Shown one piece after another: positions 1-13,990 of a stretch of DNA of 64,000 nt (its first letter is position 1; each line of letters opens with the position of its first letter). The stretch spans positions 42,147-106,146 of the forward strand of contig JAHLWZ010000590.1 in the NCBI GenBank assembly GCA_020536535.1. The letters run 5' to 3'. The notes under the pieces were generated by a model. It was not told the DNA's origin. It searched no databases and was given only the letters and a program-made list of their open reading frames with translations. The position numbers and the translations under genes are program-made. The DNA comes from Pelomyxa schiedti. Its lineage: Eukaryota > Protista > Evosea.

Positions 1-113
1 AGTTCAAGAGAAAGTTCTCTGAGACATGTGATTGATGTCTGGGAGCATGCCTATTATTCATTGACTACCGCGGCAGGCGCGCTGCGTATGTCGAAAAGTG
101 TGGTGGAACCTTG
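1..113 (+). pseudogene. sodB: Fe/Mn superoxide dismutase C-terminal fragment, frameshifted and internally deleted
   Basis: Reads (E)FKRKFSE-TC, then DVWEHAYY, IDYRGRRAAYVEK and WWNL in different frames. DVWEHAYY is the Fe/Mn-SOD metal-ligand signature. The segment normally lying between FKxKF and PLLTCD is absent. Confidence 0.75.
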
Positions 114-732
114 GCAAGGCCTCTTGGACTGCTGTGCAAAGCAGCCCGAGAGCACTGAGGGTCTCAGTAACACCCAATGTGCTCCAATAGAGGGAATGAT
201 GAACAACATGTCAATTCTGTGGCTTCCCCAGCTCTAGGACAAGAAACGTTGCTTGACATCTGCATTTATTCCTAAAGAGCTGTGGCGAATCGGAAAGCCA
301 TTCTAGCTTATTAGAAGCAGAAAAATCGGTTTCCCCAATTTTTTATGTGACCTAAATCAAACAAAAGAAAAATGAGCGCCAGTTCCATGCTCTGATCTCC
401 AAACCACTCGATTTCCTTGCCACTTTGTTGGTTCCTTTTTTGCTGGAATAATTGTTATACCTGTTTGTTGGGATTGATTTTGTTTGGTCTGGGTGAGCCT
501 GAAGTTGCCCGATTTGATGTTGAGCGTGTGAAACCATGCTGTGCAGCGAGAGTGGAGATCTGATCAATCTCAACTGGTGTGACAACGTGGTCATGGACGC
601 TCGTTCTACGGTTAATTGAACTTTTTTCGCGTTTTTCCAATTCAAGCGAAAACGCCGGTGTTCTTAACCTCTTCCCATCAACGTTCGAGCCTCAACAAAA
701 CATCAGAAAAAAAAACCAAACAAGACAACAAG

Positions 733-2588
733 ATGGGGTGTTGCTGCTGTACATCAGGACGAGATCGCCGTAACTTCAGGGGGAGTTACTACCACAAGAA
801 CGTTTGCTGCGGAAAACGTACCGTGAAGAGGGGCGAGTGTTGCGCTACGTGGAATTTGTCCGGCGAGTACTCGGTCCATGAAGGCCCTGTTCGTATCTGG
901 ATGTTCTGCAGGTTTGCAACAACCACCATAATATTAAACAAAACAAAAAATGCCAAAAAAAAAAAAAGACTGTTTTCTTAAATTCTTAAGTGAGGTGGCA
1001 TTTTTGGATCGAGCCACTGCTGGTCCTAATCAGTACTTGGTGGTAAAGAGGAGAGATGGAGTCCAAGAAAATATACCTGGCCCCTATTCAATGTTCAAGT
1101 AAGCTTTTATCCAATAATAATTTTCCATGCTTACACTCGATGAAGGGACCCCGTAATCCATGTTTCTGTTGACGTGTGTGATTCTATAGGTATGACCTTT
1201 GTCTGGCACCTTATTTCTCCTTACAAATTTAAGCTCTTGATGCTTCCGAACTCTGCGTCATTTACTCTCAGCCCACAGCAGGAGAAGCTGCAACTGCAGC
1301 CGCAGCTTCCTCACATTCACATTCGTCCTCATCCGACGAGGTGGAAATGACAACGACAACTTCTACTCACAAACAGAAACATAAGCACAAGGGCAAGGAC
1401 AAGGACAACTTGCCTCCTGCGGGTATGTTTCCCGTTGTTAATGACACAATTTATAGCTTTGGGTAAAAAGGAACTGGAGTCCGTCGGTTACTGAGAGGGC
1501 CAGACAATTTCATTCCAACCAGTACTGAACGTGCTCATCAATTTGAGTGGTCACCTGCAGATCCCAATGCAAAAACCAAAGTCACGTTCCAGAAGCTTAA
1601 ATTGATTGTACAGAGCCTTAAGTGTGTTGTTGAGGGAGTACGAACTACTGATAAAATCTTACTGGCTGTATGTTGGAGCACTTTTTTTTTTTTCTTTGCC
1701 TCTGATCTTTTTTAGGTTGAAGTAATGATTTTCTGGGATATTGTTGATGTAGAACGGATGCTTGATAACACTAGTGATCCTGTAGGAGAGATAAGAGCAG
1801 CAACAGCTGCTGACATTGTGTCCTTTGGCTCAAATCACAGGTTTTTTTACCCCTTATGGCTTATTATGTCTAACCCAGCACCCTACAGTTACGAGAGTTT
1901 ACTTTCAAATACCCCTCAGTTGAGTGAATTAGACCCCTACAGGATGTTGGTAACACGTGCTACTGCTTTTGGGGTTGCAATCCGCAAAGGCAAGTTTCTT
2001 TCGAAAACGTAGGGTTTCACCTAATCTACCTGTAGTTATTTACAACGGATATCGCGCTGAGGCCGGAGTTCAGCGAGTTCACGACCACGCACTTGAAACG
2101 CGAGCCAAGTTGAAGGCAGAGCACGAGCAAAATGAGCACGAGCAAGCCCAGATTGATCTCAAGCTGAAACATGAATTTGAAAGGACCAAGAGGGAAGGTG
2201 AACACAACGCTTTAATGAGGGAGCAAGCAGAAATACAAGAAAGGGTTTGTAGTTCATAATACACTGTGTCATACTTATACTTAAACAGTTCAATTTGGAA
2301 ATGGAGAAAGTCAAGCACGCCGCGGCACTGCAACGGAAACAACAAGAGGAAGAACTGGAACAAATGGCACGGCGCAGGGCACATGAAACAGACGTCGCGT
2401 TCTACAAAGAATTGGCTAACATTGGTGTGAATGTGACTCAGTATCTCGTAGCCGCAAACCAGAAGCCTGCCAATCAAGTGGTGAAAATTGATCAAGGAAC
2501 AGGAGAAGTTCAAGGAATCACACCCACACACGTGCACCTTCATGAAGCACCAAGTGCAAATGAAATGCCACCAAACAAACGGAGCTAA
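733..2588 (+). CDS. SPFH/band-7-like (vault-protein-like) protein with N-terminal acylation motif and C-terminal coiled coil; multi-exon
   Basis: Starts MGCCCC. Exons read EGPVRIW..., GPNQYLVVKRRDGVQENIPGP, VRTTDKILLAVEVMIFWDIVDVERMLDNTSDP and VIYNGYRAE, followed by an E/Q/K coiled coil. GT-AG introns. The family call is from recalled similarity. Confidence 0.65.
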
Positions 2589-2682
2589 CCTATACATACC
2601 CTACAATCAGTAAACACTTTGTAAAAACAAAATCGAAGAACCAAAAAGTAATGTAACTAGACTTCTACTCTATTGTTTTTAC

Positions 2683-3810
2683 TTAATCACCCTTGTGTGC
2701 TGCTGCTGTAAGCTCTTCCTTGCTAAGGGGAGTTTCATTTAGAGTGCTGCTTGTGCTACTGGTGCTTGCTGGTTCAAGGAATTGGCCTGTGCAAAACTTG
2801 TAAAGTGAGGCGATTTCGGTGTTGGAGTTGCAGTGATTGATCCACTCCTGTTCACTCAATACGCCATCGTTGTTATCGTCTGCATCAAATATCTTGTGTA
2901 GGAAAAGTAAGAATGGTATATGGGAGGTACAAACGTACCCGCGAAACGGCAGTGTTTATGGTCTCCTGTAGTTCAGTTTTTGTTGCTTCCCATGCCCTCT
3001 CTGAGTATGTTTAGCAAAGAGTAGCTGCCCATGAATTCCTGTAACCTGACTCGTCACGGGAGAGACCACTTTTCAAGCACACCAGAAGTTGCCCATTATA
3101 GACTGAAGACGTCATAACTTCCACCAATTCGGCTTTAGTGAGGTTGCCATCCCCTGAAGAACCACTTAAAATCTTGATGGCAATACTATAACAAACCATT
3201 CTTATCAGCAATATGAAACACAAGTCTCGCTTTTTCAATATCCGTCCCCTTGGACAGTATAGCGAGCTATAAGAAACCAAGATAATAATAGAAATAATAA
3301 AATTCATAAAGCACAGTGAGTAGGGCGAAAAGAAAAAAAAGGGACCCACCCCTCCAAGAAGCTCACTATGGCTGATAGAATTACTATGGTCTACATCAAG
3401 CACGCCGAAAAGCTGTGTGACGAATGCTGGTTCGTTTAAAGCCAATAGCTCAGGAAAGATATGAGCCGCTTCAGAGGCCAAAGTCTGGAACTGACCCAGG
3501 TCCACCTGTGCAACAGAAAGAGAATGAGAAACCATAAAAAGAACCTCTAGGTTAGGTCTAAAATAATTTCAGTAACGGTGTCATGCCTCACACCTTGTCT
3601 GTAGCCGGACCAACTCTTTCAGCCCATAATTTATTTAGTTGCTCCAACTCCGTTGGTGACAACTTGACTCGGAACTTGCTTATTGCCTGGTCACTCTCGG
3701 AACCTTCTGCCAGTGGTTGTGCTTCTGGTCTTTTGTAGCAAAAGATAATAGATTGTGAGGAAAAAGGAAAAAGTCCCCTCTAACACACACGTTTCTATGG
3801 TGTTGCCCAT
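2683..3810 (-). CDS. N-myristoylated EF-hand calcium sensor (calcineurin-B/NCS-like); multi-exon
   Basis: MGNT start. EF loops DVDHSNSISHSE, GDGNLTKAE and DDNNDGVLSEQE. Stop after ...AAHKGD. Confidence 0.8.
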
Positions 3811-3987
3811 GTTTTTGGTTTTTTTCACCAAGGATGAATTACCGTAAAGATGGAAAAAATTATTACGAGAAAGACTAATCAAAAACAGAACGTCAGTGGC
3901 CAGTGTTTGGCCACAAGATGCTAAGATTAACCTCAGGTGTGGTGGTTATGTGAGTGATCTCTTCCAACGGAATGCGGTGTGCAAAGT

Positions 3988-4851
3988 TTACTGAAGGAGG
4001 CTGGTCACGTGCACCAGGGCCACCAGCTCCCTCATCCCAAGTAATCGCCTATGAAATAGAGTAAGGATCAAACATAGGTTTTAACGCCGCGTTTAGACAC
4101 AAGCTGCAGTACATTTATTAATGAGTGCATTTGATGTAAAGTAAGTGGGAGCAAATATACACACAGATAGATAGATGGAAAGACAGAAAAGGAACCGTAC
4201 CTGGACATCATTAGACTGCCTCTTCCCATTTAAGAACAGCTGCCACCCCAGTTGAGTGCACACTATCTTAGCCCTGTGAGGCAGGCCCTCCGCCGGTTCG
4301 TGCGCGAACGGCCACAGCGACCGGGGAACGGCCGGCGTCGTGACCTCCTTGCCCCACCGGCCGTCGGCGTTGGTGTGGTTCTGGACCACCAGGTTCACGC
4401 CCAGCACGTTGGTCCTCACGTTCATGTGGTACGCGATCCTTTGGGAGGCGCAGCCAACGCCCCCATAATGGAAGTTCACGGCCACGTGTCCGTCCCTGAC
4501 GAACCACCACCACGCATGAATCACGGTCCCAGGGGTCAGGAATCTCTTCGTCGCCGTCGCCGAGGCTTCTGTTGCTGGTGGCGCGGGCTGTGCTATCGCC
4601 GTTGATCTTCTGGTCGCTGTTGTTGTTCTTGTGGATGACGTAGATGGAGGTGCGATTTCGTTGGGCACGAGTACCAGTATGGTGGAGGACGGCGGCATCT
4701 TGGTGACAAGGTGGTTCAGTCCCACAATTCCGTCGGCGATGGTGTGCCACGCCCTACACACTCGGCTGCACGCAACGAGAAGAACTCGACTCTCAACGTA
4801 CGGAAGTACAAGCACAGCAACACCATCAGGCATGCCGGTCGGTTGCCCCAT
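3988..4851 (-). CDS. F-box + galectin carbohydrate-recognition-domain protein
   Basis: N-terminal MPDGVAVLVLPYVESRVLLVACSRVCRAW is F-box-like. The C-terminus has the galectin signatures HMNVR, VVQN and WGKE. The last exon reads AITWDEGAGALVHVTSLLQ*. Confidence 0.75.
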
Positions 4852-4924
4852 TTCTTTCAACGAAATCACCTTTTCGTCAGTTAAAACAACAGCTAAGACG
4901 AAAAGTTTTTTTTTTTGTAATCGA

Positions 4925-6987
4925 TTACAAAGCGAGCTGGGTTGTGGCTGCGCTTTCTCCTTCGCTGTCAAAGGTGAGCTCGTGCTTGCCGGTGATGACG
5001 CGGGAGCCGTGGGCTGGCTTGAGCTGCACGCGGACGCCGACTTTGAACGTGCCCCACCCGATCCGCTTGAGGCAGAAGGGTGGCTTGTCTATGGTGATGG
5101 ATGGAGGCTCGAAGGTAGGATGGAGCTCCCATGTGACGGACTGCACGAAGGGGCAGGAGGCCGCGTCCAGCTTGAGGTCCCAGGAGTGGTCGTCGGTCTT
5201 GCGGGTTTTGTGCCCCTGAATCACTGTGATTGCAGCCGGTAGCACTGCTGATGTGGTGGTGGTGGAGGTAGTTGGAGGCTTAGAGGCTGCAGTGGGTGAC
5301 GTTGATGTGGCCGTTGATGACGATGTCAAGGTTGAAGTCTCAGCCGGCGGCTTTGGGGGTGCCGGGGTGGTTGATGGCTTCGAAGGTGTAGTAGAGGTGG
5401 ATGAAGAAGTTGCGGAGGATGATGGCGATGTTGTTGTTGCTGCAGATGGTGGTTCAACGGACGTGGGTGGAGCGGGTACTGCCCTGGCCCCGACATTGAC
5501 CATGGGAATCCAGTCAAAGGTACCTTTGAGTGCTCCGGAAACCCACCATGTCCCCAAGGTGTTGCGGTACCGGTCTCCTTCCAATTTTATATCCCAATGG
5601 CCTTCTCGGTCTTTCTTGGTCACAACACCAACCCTGCCCAAGTTGCGTGCCTGAGGGTGGCACACCTTCAATTTTGCGCCAGGGGCGAGGTAGAGAGTCG
5701 TACGCACAGACCAGTCACGCTTACCCTCAGCATTGTACGGAATAACAAACGAATCTGTCCCAAAGACTGGTCGAGCAAACGGGGATATTTCCAGGCTCAG
5801 TAATTGGAGCAACTTTTTGAATGCATCATCCAGTCGAGCCCATATACGCACGGTGCACTGCACAAGATTGAATAGATTAAATTAGAAATTGGATAGTTAC
5901 TTTGGCGTCGAGTGCAGTCTGCTGAAGGTTAATAAGAATTGTACCAAGAGCTTTTGGTGGTTCTTTGCACGCTTTTTTTGCTGGTGTTTTGGCAACCCTA
6001 TCCGCATTCCTGCAAAGGGGTGAGTTGACCTTAAACCATAAAGATGTGGAGAGACTACATTCCAGAAAGGGAACTTCCAAGGCAAAGACATAAATCTATT
6101 CTTCTTAGTGGAATTCTTGCAACATGCTCTTCTTACCGGTCTTTTCTTCAATCTCAAGCATATCATTAAATAAATCATGGCGGAGACTTTCGTCAAATTG
6201 TACAACAGGATTGGATGGGTCATACCTGCATATGGTAAAACGAAAGAAAGGTTATTTAGGTGGAACCCAACCATGCCCCATGAATCTCGTTGAGTTTTTC
6301 TTGTGGAAAGCCTGCCTGAAATTGGAAAATCAGAACGCATCGAGGAAAAGAATGGAAGTTACTTTTTGAGGAAGACCATCATGATTCTGATTTACCTGAA
6401 AGTAGTGTTTAAATGTTATTCTATAACAAGTTTGGCTGAAGTACCCACGAATGCAACAGGCCCCCTCTTTCTAGTGCCACCAAAGACAGGTGGGCGAAAG
6501 TTGGCTGTGCATCAGTTACACTAGCTAATTTCGGTGCATCGACTATTGTTTCAGAAGACTGCCAAACAATCAACAAAATGGTAATTTGTGCAAGAATACA
6601 GCACACCTTAGTGGCGTAATCGGGGATGCCTGACGACTTGCTTAGACCTGCACCACTGTAAGCACAGGTGTGCTTGCTTTTTGCCAAAAGTGCCGCTACA
6701 ATGGCGAGCTTCGCGTCAAGTACGAATTCTTCATCGAGGTACTCATTCGCCTGGAGGGGAAAATACGTATTAAAACGTGCTACTCCCCTACACTCTCAAC
6801 GAACTTTGATAGAGTTGTCTTGATCGGGCCTGTTTGATTTGTCTGATCTGGCCACAAGCCTTGGTGCGGGCCAGTCACTGTTGTGCCGCAAACCGTGCAT
6901 TGCAGATCTAGATCCACTCATGCGCTGTACCACCGCAGATGCCGTGGACGCCGTAGAGGGAGTCGACTTGCTTGTTGTCTTTGACAT
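4925..6987 (-). CDS. Sir2-family deacylase (no Zn ribbon) fused to C-terminal YEATS domain; multi-exon
   Basis: Sirtuin motifs YSGAGLSKSSGIPDY, AQPTFAH, VNQNHDGL, NEIHGAW, LCLGSSL and INLQQT, then a Pro/Thr/Ser linker, then YEATS motifs VQSVTWELHPTF and PPFCLKRIGWGTF. Confidence 0.85.
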
Positions 6988-7249
6988 GTCACGTGTCGGT
7001 TTTTTTTTTTTTTTAGGTTCAAAAACGAAGGAAACGGCCTTAAGAACGGAGATTCAATTGGTCGGCATTTCCACTCCAATTGCCGAAGTGGGGGTGAGAC
7101 CTCTTTCACCCACTCTCCTCCGTTCGACGTGAGTCCCCCCTCATCAGTTCACAGTGGGCGAAACTCTGCTGCTTTCTGGGAACTTCGAAAAGGAGAAAAA
7201 GACAAAAAGGTCCTTGAGTTAATACACCCGTTGCTGCTCGGAACTTCAG

Positions 7250-9051
7250 ATGAAACCGGCGCGCAATAAGCCAGTGTCGGCAACGTCGTCAGCCGGCAAC
7301 ACCCCGCTGTCGTCCCAACGCGGCCCAACTTCGTCGGCCACAGGCAGGCCCCATCACCAGCAGCAGCAGCGTGCGCGGAAGCCCACCAACCAACAGCAGC
7401 CAGGGGGCGGGGGCACGGGCACGCCACACTCCGTGGCCCAGTCCACGCCGTCGTCCCACAACTCCAGCAGGCAGAACCTCCTCCGGCACTCCCAGGCCCG
7501 CACCAAACCACACGAAGACGACGCGGTCCACGCTCACGGCAGCAGCAGCTACGACGGCGGCGGCGACGACGACGACGCCGACGCGGAGCGGGCCGGCCGG
7601 CGGTCGCCGTCGCCCTCCTCCTCCGGCGGGCGGCGTGGCGCCGAGGCCGACGACAGGGTCCGCCCAATGGGGGCTTCCATCCGCTCCAAGCCCCGCTCGC
7701 GTTCGCCCTCCCCATCCGACGGGGACGGGGACGAGGACGACGACCGCCGGCGCGACGACGGCGACTCATCGGGGTCGCCCGAGACTCTGCAAGTAAAGCC
7801 CGTGAGTAGTAGCACGAGACGACCACAAGCCCGCGAGAACAGCAACGCAAACAACACCACCAACAACAACAACAACAGCAACACCACAGCCAACATGCCC
7901 GAAATTCGCGGAAGCAAGGTCAGGCTGCCCCCTATTCGAGACAAACGTGGGCGCCCGCCCCCTCCTTCTGGGAATGTGGCTGCTGCTACTACTGCTACTG
8001 CCACCACTACCACAACCACGACCACATCATCGTCTGCGAATCTCGGGAGCAGCCCTTTGGCGCAGTCGGCCTCGGTGTCTGCCACTACCGCCGCGACTAT
8101 TGAGAACTTGCGTAAGACCAATGTGCAGTCCACCACCGCGCAGCAGATGCTCTCCGTGCCAACTGGAATGCAGTCTGGTGTCAACTTCCAGCTCATGGTA
8201 ACAGGGCAAATAGAGTCTTGTCAGGTATACACTCGTTCTTGTGCTTCGTGGGTGTTGTGTTGGTCTACCTGGTCGTTTTGGATTTCATGCCCACACATCA
8301 GATAGCAGGATCCAGTTCTCTTCTCGCGAGGTATGAATTCGTCCATGGGAATGATTGGACCATTATATCTGTATGTACTTCTTGGAAACACAAAAATTCG
8401 CATCACTCCATTTCATCGACTTTTCAGGGAGTGGAAAAAGGAATCACCCAAACCAGTCTACAAACTTCCTCTGACATGGAACACACCAACGGCCCTGTGG
8501 CCGTGTGGAACCATCCACTTGAAATAGCTTTTAGCTCCAATAATCCGTACGTAACTCCTTAATATTACCTTGCTCACTTGTCTAGATACGGGTGGCCACA
8601 GCTAGTTGTATGTGTATATGGCCCCGATTTTCTGGGACGGGAGGTTATTCAAGGCTATGGGGTTATGCATTTACCCATAAGCTCTGGCAGGTAGTTGTAC
8701 AGTCAATAAATTCAAATGAAACTCAACCAACTACTTAAGCAAGTCGAACTAACTGTGGGTGCAGATTTGTAAAGTACATGACATTATGGACTCCACTATC
8801 ACCTTCATCAATGGAACAAATGACCACGTTTTTCATTGGTCAAAGACCAGAATATATAAATCCCATATTCATAAGCCAAGGCGCCGGCAGAGAAGGTATT
8901 TCCTCTTTTTTCCACAATATTCTAAAATGTCCCTTCAGTAACAAAGGTTCGATCATATGGGAAACTGAAAGTTTCCCTCGATGTAATTACAAAGGGAATG
9001 ACAGCTATGGGCTATTCTAAGCCCTCAACAAACCCCTCCCAACTTCTGTAA
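7250..9051 (+). CDS. B9D1: B9 domain protein 1 (ciliary transition zone) with long low-complexity N-terminus; multi-exon
   Basis: [69 protein letters not shown] and VTKVRSYG...VITKGM match the B9D1 pattern. Confidence 0.85.
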
Positions 9052-9086
9052 AGTGTAACCAAAAACAAAAAAAAATGTGTTTAAAT

Positions 9087-10091
9087 TCAACACAGTGTTG
9101 TGTATTCACCAGGAACAAGGGGTGCCAAACCAAGTTCCCTTACATAAGCAACATCACTCACACCATAGCCGGTAACAAATACATTTCCCGCATAACCCCT
9201 AGCATTGAGCTTGGCAAGGTAATTCTTAATGTCCGCAAGGGAAGCGTGTTCCTCACTCCCATTCCTGCGAGCATCCAGCACAACAGTACTTGCAACAGAG
9301 AGTGCATCATAAAGTGGCTCACAGAACCCTGAATCAGCACCATATCCCAGAATGGCCTTCCCGGCATAATACCTGCAAAAAAGGTATTACACAGCTGTTT
9401 TGAAAAGGGGGCAAAGAATGAGTAGAACATACAATATGAAACCATATGTAGGTGTTGAAGAGTGCCTGCACAACAAAGTCTCAATTTGGACCCTCACAGA
9501 GGGTGACAATTCCACATCAGACTTGGATCCCACAATCCCAAAGGGCGGTGACGTCGAGACCGGGGTGGCCGCGGGCAAGTCCAACCAATGTTTGGCCCAG
9601 TATCCCTCTAGTGGCAGTCCAGTCTCAAACAAATTGCTAAATTCGGCCATCCTGTGGAGCCTGAGCTCGACACCAACCGGCTGGGCTGCGATAACTATCT
9701 TGCGACGATCTGCCACAGGGGCAGATGTCGCCAGGACGAAGGGAAGCTCGGCAGCGTGGTCACTGTGATTATGGGTGACAAGAATGTGGCTGGGAAGGCT
9801 CTAGTGTATATGGTCAGAGAGTGATTAGTGTGATGCCCTGTAAGTAAGGGAAGTAACAGGGCGAGGGCGATGGCGGCGGAGTGTTGCATTATTATGGGAT
9901 AGTGACTGACAAACGGTGTAATGGGACAAGAAGCAACGAGTGACACCGTAGCCGACGTCGACCACCATCAGAGGCGACGGCGAGGCAGTTTCAGAGGGAG
10001 GCCGTGCGCATTCAAGGGCAAACGAGGAGCAAACCTCGCCTGTGTATATGCTGTCACCTCCCTTGCCGACTCCACAGCACCAGAGCTTCAT
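9087..10091 (-). CDS. Metallo-beta-lactamase-fold hydrolase (RNase Z/BN-like); multi-exon
   Basis: MKLWCCGVG N-terminal strand, LMVVDVGYG, metal motif THNHSDH, then LGYGADS and a terminal His (EEHAS). Confidence 0.75.
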
Positions 10092-10515
10092 CCCCAAACA
10101 GAAAAAAAACGAGGGGAAACAGGGTTGATGTCAACAGAACAACGAACAGCTAGTGGGCAGAAGCAGCCCTCTTTGATTCGAGATGGGCGTCCAGAGTTGG
10201 TTGGTACATTATACAGTTAAGGGTGAGAGATGGTGGGCGGTTAGAGAACCAGCTATTCAACTAAGATCAGGTGGTCCAAAACGAGTTGCAGATTTTCTAA
10301 TGATAGTAGGCCGAGGCCATTTTTATCCTGTGATGTTTCTGTCAGTTTTGGTTCCATAAAAACCCACGTGGACATTTTTTTCCATCAGCCATTTTTTTAA
10401 CATTGGATCTGGTGCGAATTACGAAGCGCAAGCCGCGGTACTAACGACAAACACGCCAACCGAAACGAAACGAACATCTATAAATGACCTTCGTTTTAAC
10501 ATCGCGCGTCCCATA

Positions 10516-12463
<1,948 letters not shown>

Positions 12464-12571
12464 CTATAAATGGAAGGGCACCACACATGTACAAGGATCA
12501 GATAGAGAATCAATCATTCAAGCAAGCGCACTCACTCTGTGGCACCAAATTTTGGTTTTCGGTTTTTTTTT

Positions 12572-13652
12572 CTAGGTTATTTGTTGTTCTTGTTTTTGTA
12601 ATAAAACCGCTTTATTTTTCTGGTACTCTGTTTCCCACAACTTTAGTGCTTGCACCTGATAAGAAGCCAGTGAGACTTGGCTTCGTGCTGCTCGAAGGTG
12701 CGTGATGGAGTCCTCAACAGTGGCACAAACCCCACATTTTATCAGAACTGCACAGGCCACTGTGGCACTGCGCCCAATGCCATAACTGTGGTTTGTTGTT
12801 AGAGAGGAAGTATTTAGGGTGACTTTTCGCTTGCCAGCAGTGAATCAAAACTGGTTTGTTGGCCTTTCTCTCTGCCAGGACCCAGGATGTTGCTTTCTCA
12901 ATATTTTGAGGGGACAGCGGTTCCATCCCAGGTTGGTATATTCAAGTAATTTCCAAAACGGTGTATCTATTGGCCTAAGATCACTTTAATTCTGTGGTAC
13001 CTTACAGAAGGGAGTTCGCAAGTGAGGTCAAGAACGCTCTCAAAGGGGGGTCCTTGTGGGGATGTTAGGTTTGTCTCGGAAAAAGTACTTGCTTGCAGAA
13101 GCCCACGACGCGTCAAATTTAACGAATGCAGGGAAGCCGCCAAGGTATATACCATCGTGAATTTTACTTTAACAGTTAATATCTTAGCAAGAAATGCTAA
13201 TATTAAAAGAGTACCTAATAACAGGCAACCCCTTACGCGGCAAAATGATTCTTTTGAAGTGGATATACCACAACTGAGCCAAAATCCACGGACCAAAGAT
13301 AATCAACACAATCACAGGAATGGCACCAGTGTCTTCGCTCTTCCTGCAGGTTTTTTTTTGTAAAAAAAGATTCACCGTAAATATGAATAGCTCCTATTTG
13401 AAGGTAATCATCATGGCCATACATAGTGATCGTGTTACAATTAGTAGCCATTGACCATGCCACGATACCCAACGTGAAACCGACGTGGGCCAAAAACGCC
13501 CCCAACACGCACGCCCACCCGAAACTCCCATAATCGCGCAACGAGGCAGCGGGCGGGGAACATAGAGTGCGTAAAACGACTGCTGCCGAAGCGGCACAGG
13601 AAGCAACCGACAGCGACGACAGAAACACCACACGACGCACGCTGAACGACAT
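12572..13652 (-). CDS. Dual-specificity phosphatase with N-terminal transmembrane helices; multi-exon
   Basis: Three hydrophobic N-terminal segments, then VLDLTCELP and PTWDG. The catalytic motif HC-CYGIGRS (CX5R) is restored by a GC-AG intron at 12786-12834. Confidence 0.8.
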
Positions 13653-13990
13653 TCCGCGAAGCACAGGTGGTAGTTGTGATTGGAACCAACTTAAGGGTTT
13701 CTCAGAGATGGGATGCTTCCTGGCATAAACACGCGCACCAACAGGAATGCGGGAACAATATCAAGTGCCGAATGATTCGATTTCTGATCAATTTGCTCAC
13801 GACTTGGTGTCAGATCCATGTTCGTTTGTCAACAGCTTGTATTTCGGAACTTAAAAAAAAAAAAAAAAGAAAAAACAGTAGCCGAACGTGCCGTTACAGC
13901 TCAACACAGTGTTCTTTGTGCGTCTTTAATCGTTCATTTGCGTGTTTCAACTCACTGCTGCAGTACCAACAAACCCGCAGATCTCCGTAA

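Noticed and set aside
4050-4110. Ultra-short (18-35 nt) introns here and near 18234-18300 and 43976-43998
   Set aside because: Each case is explained more simply by one longer intron or by read-through in frame.
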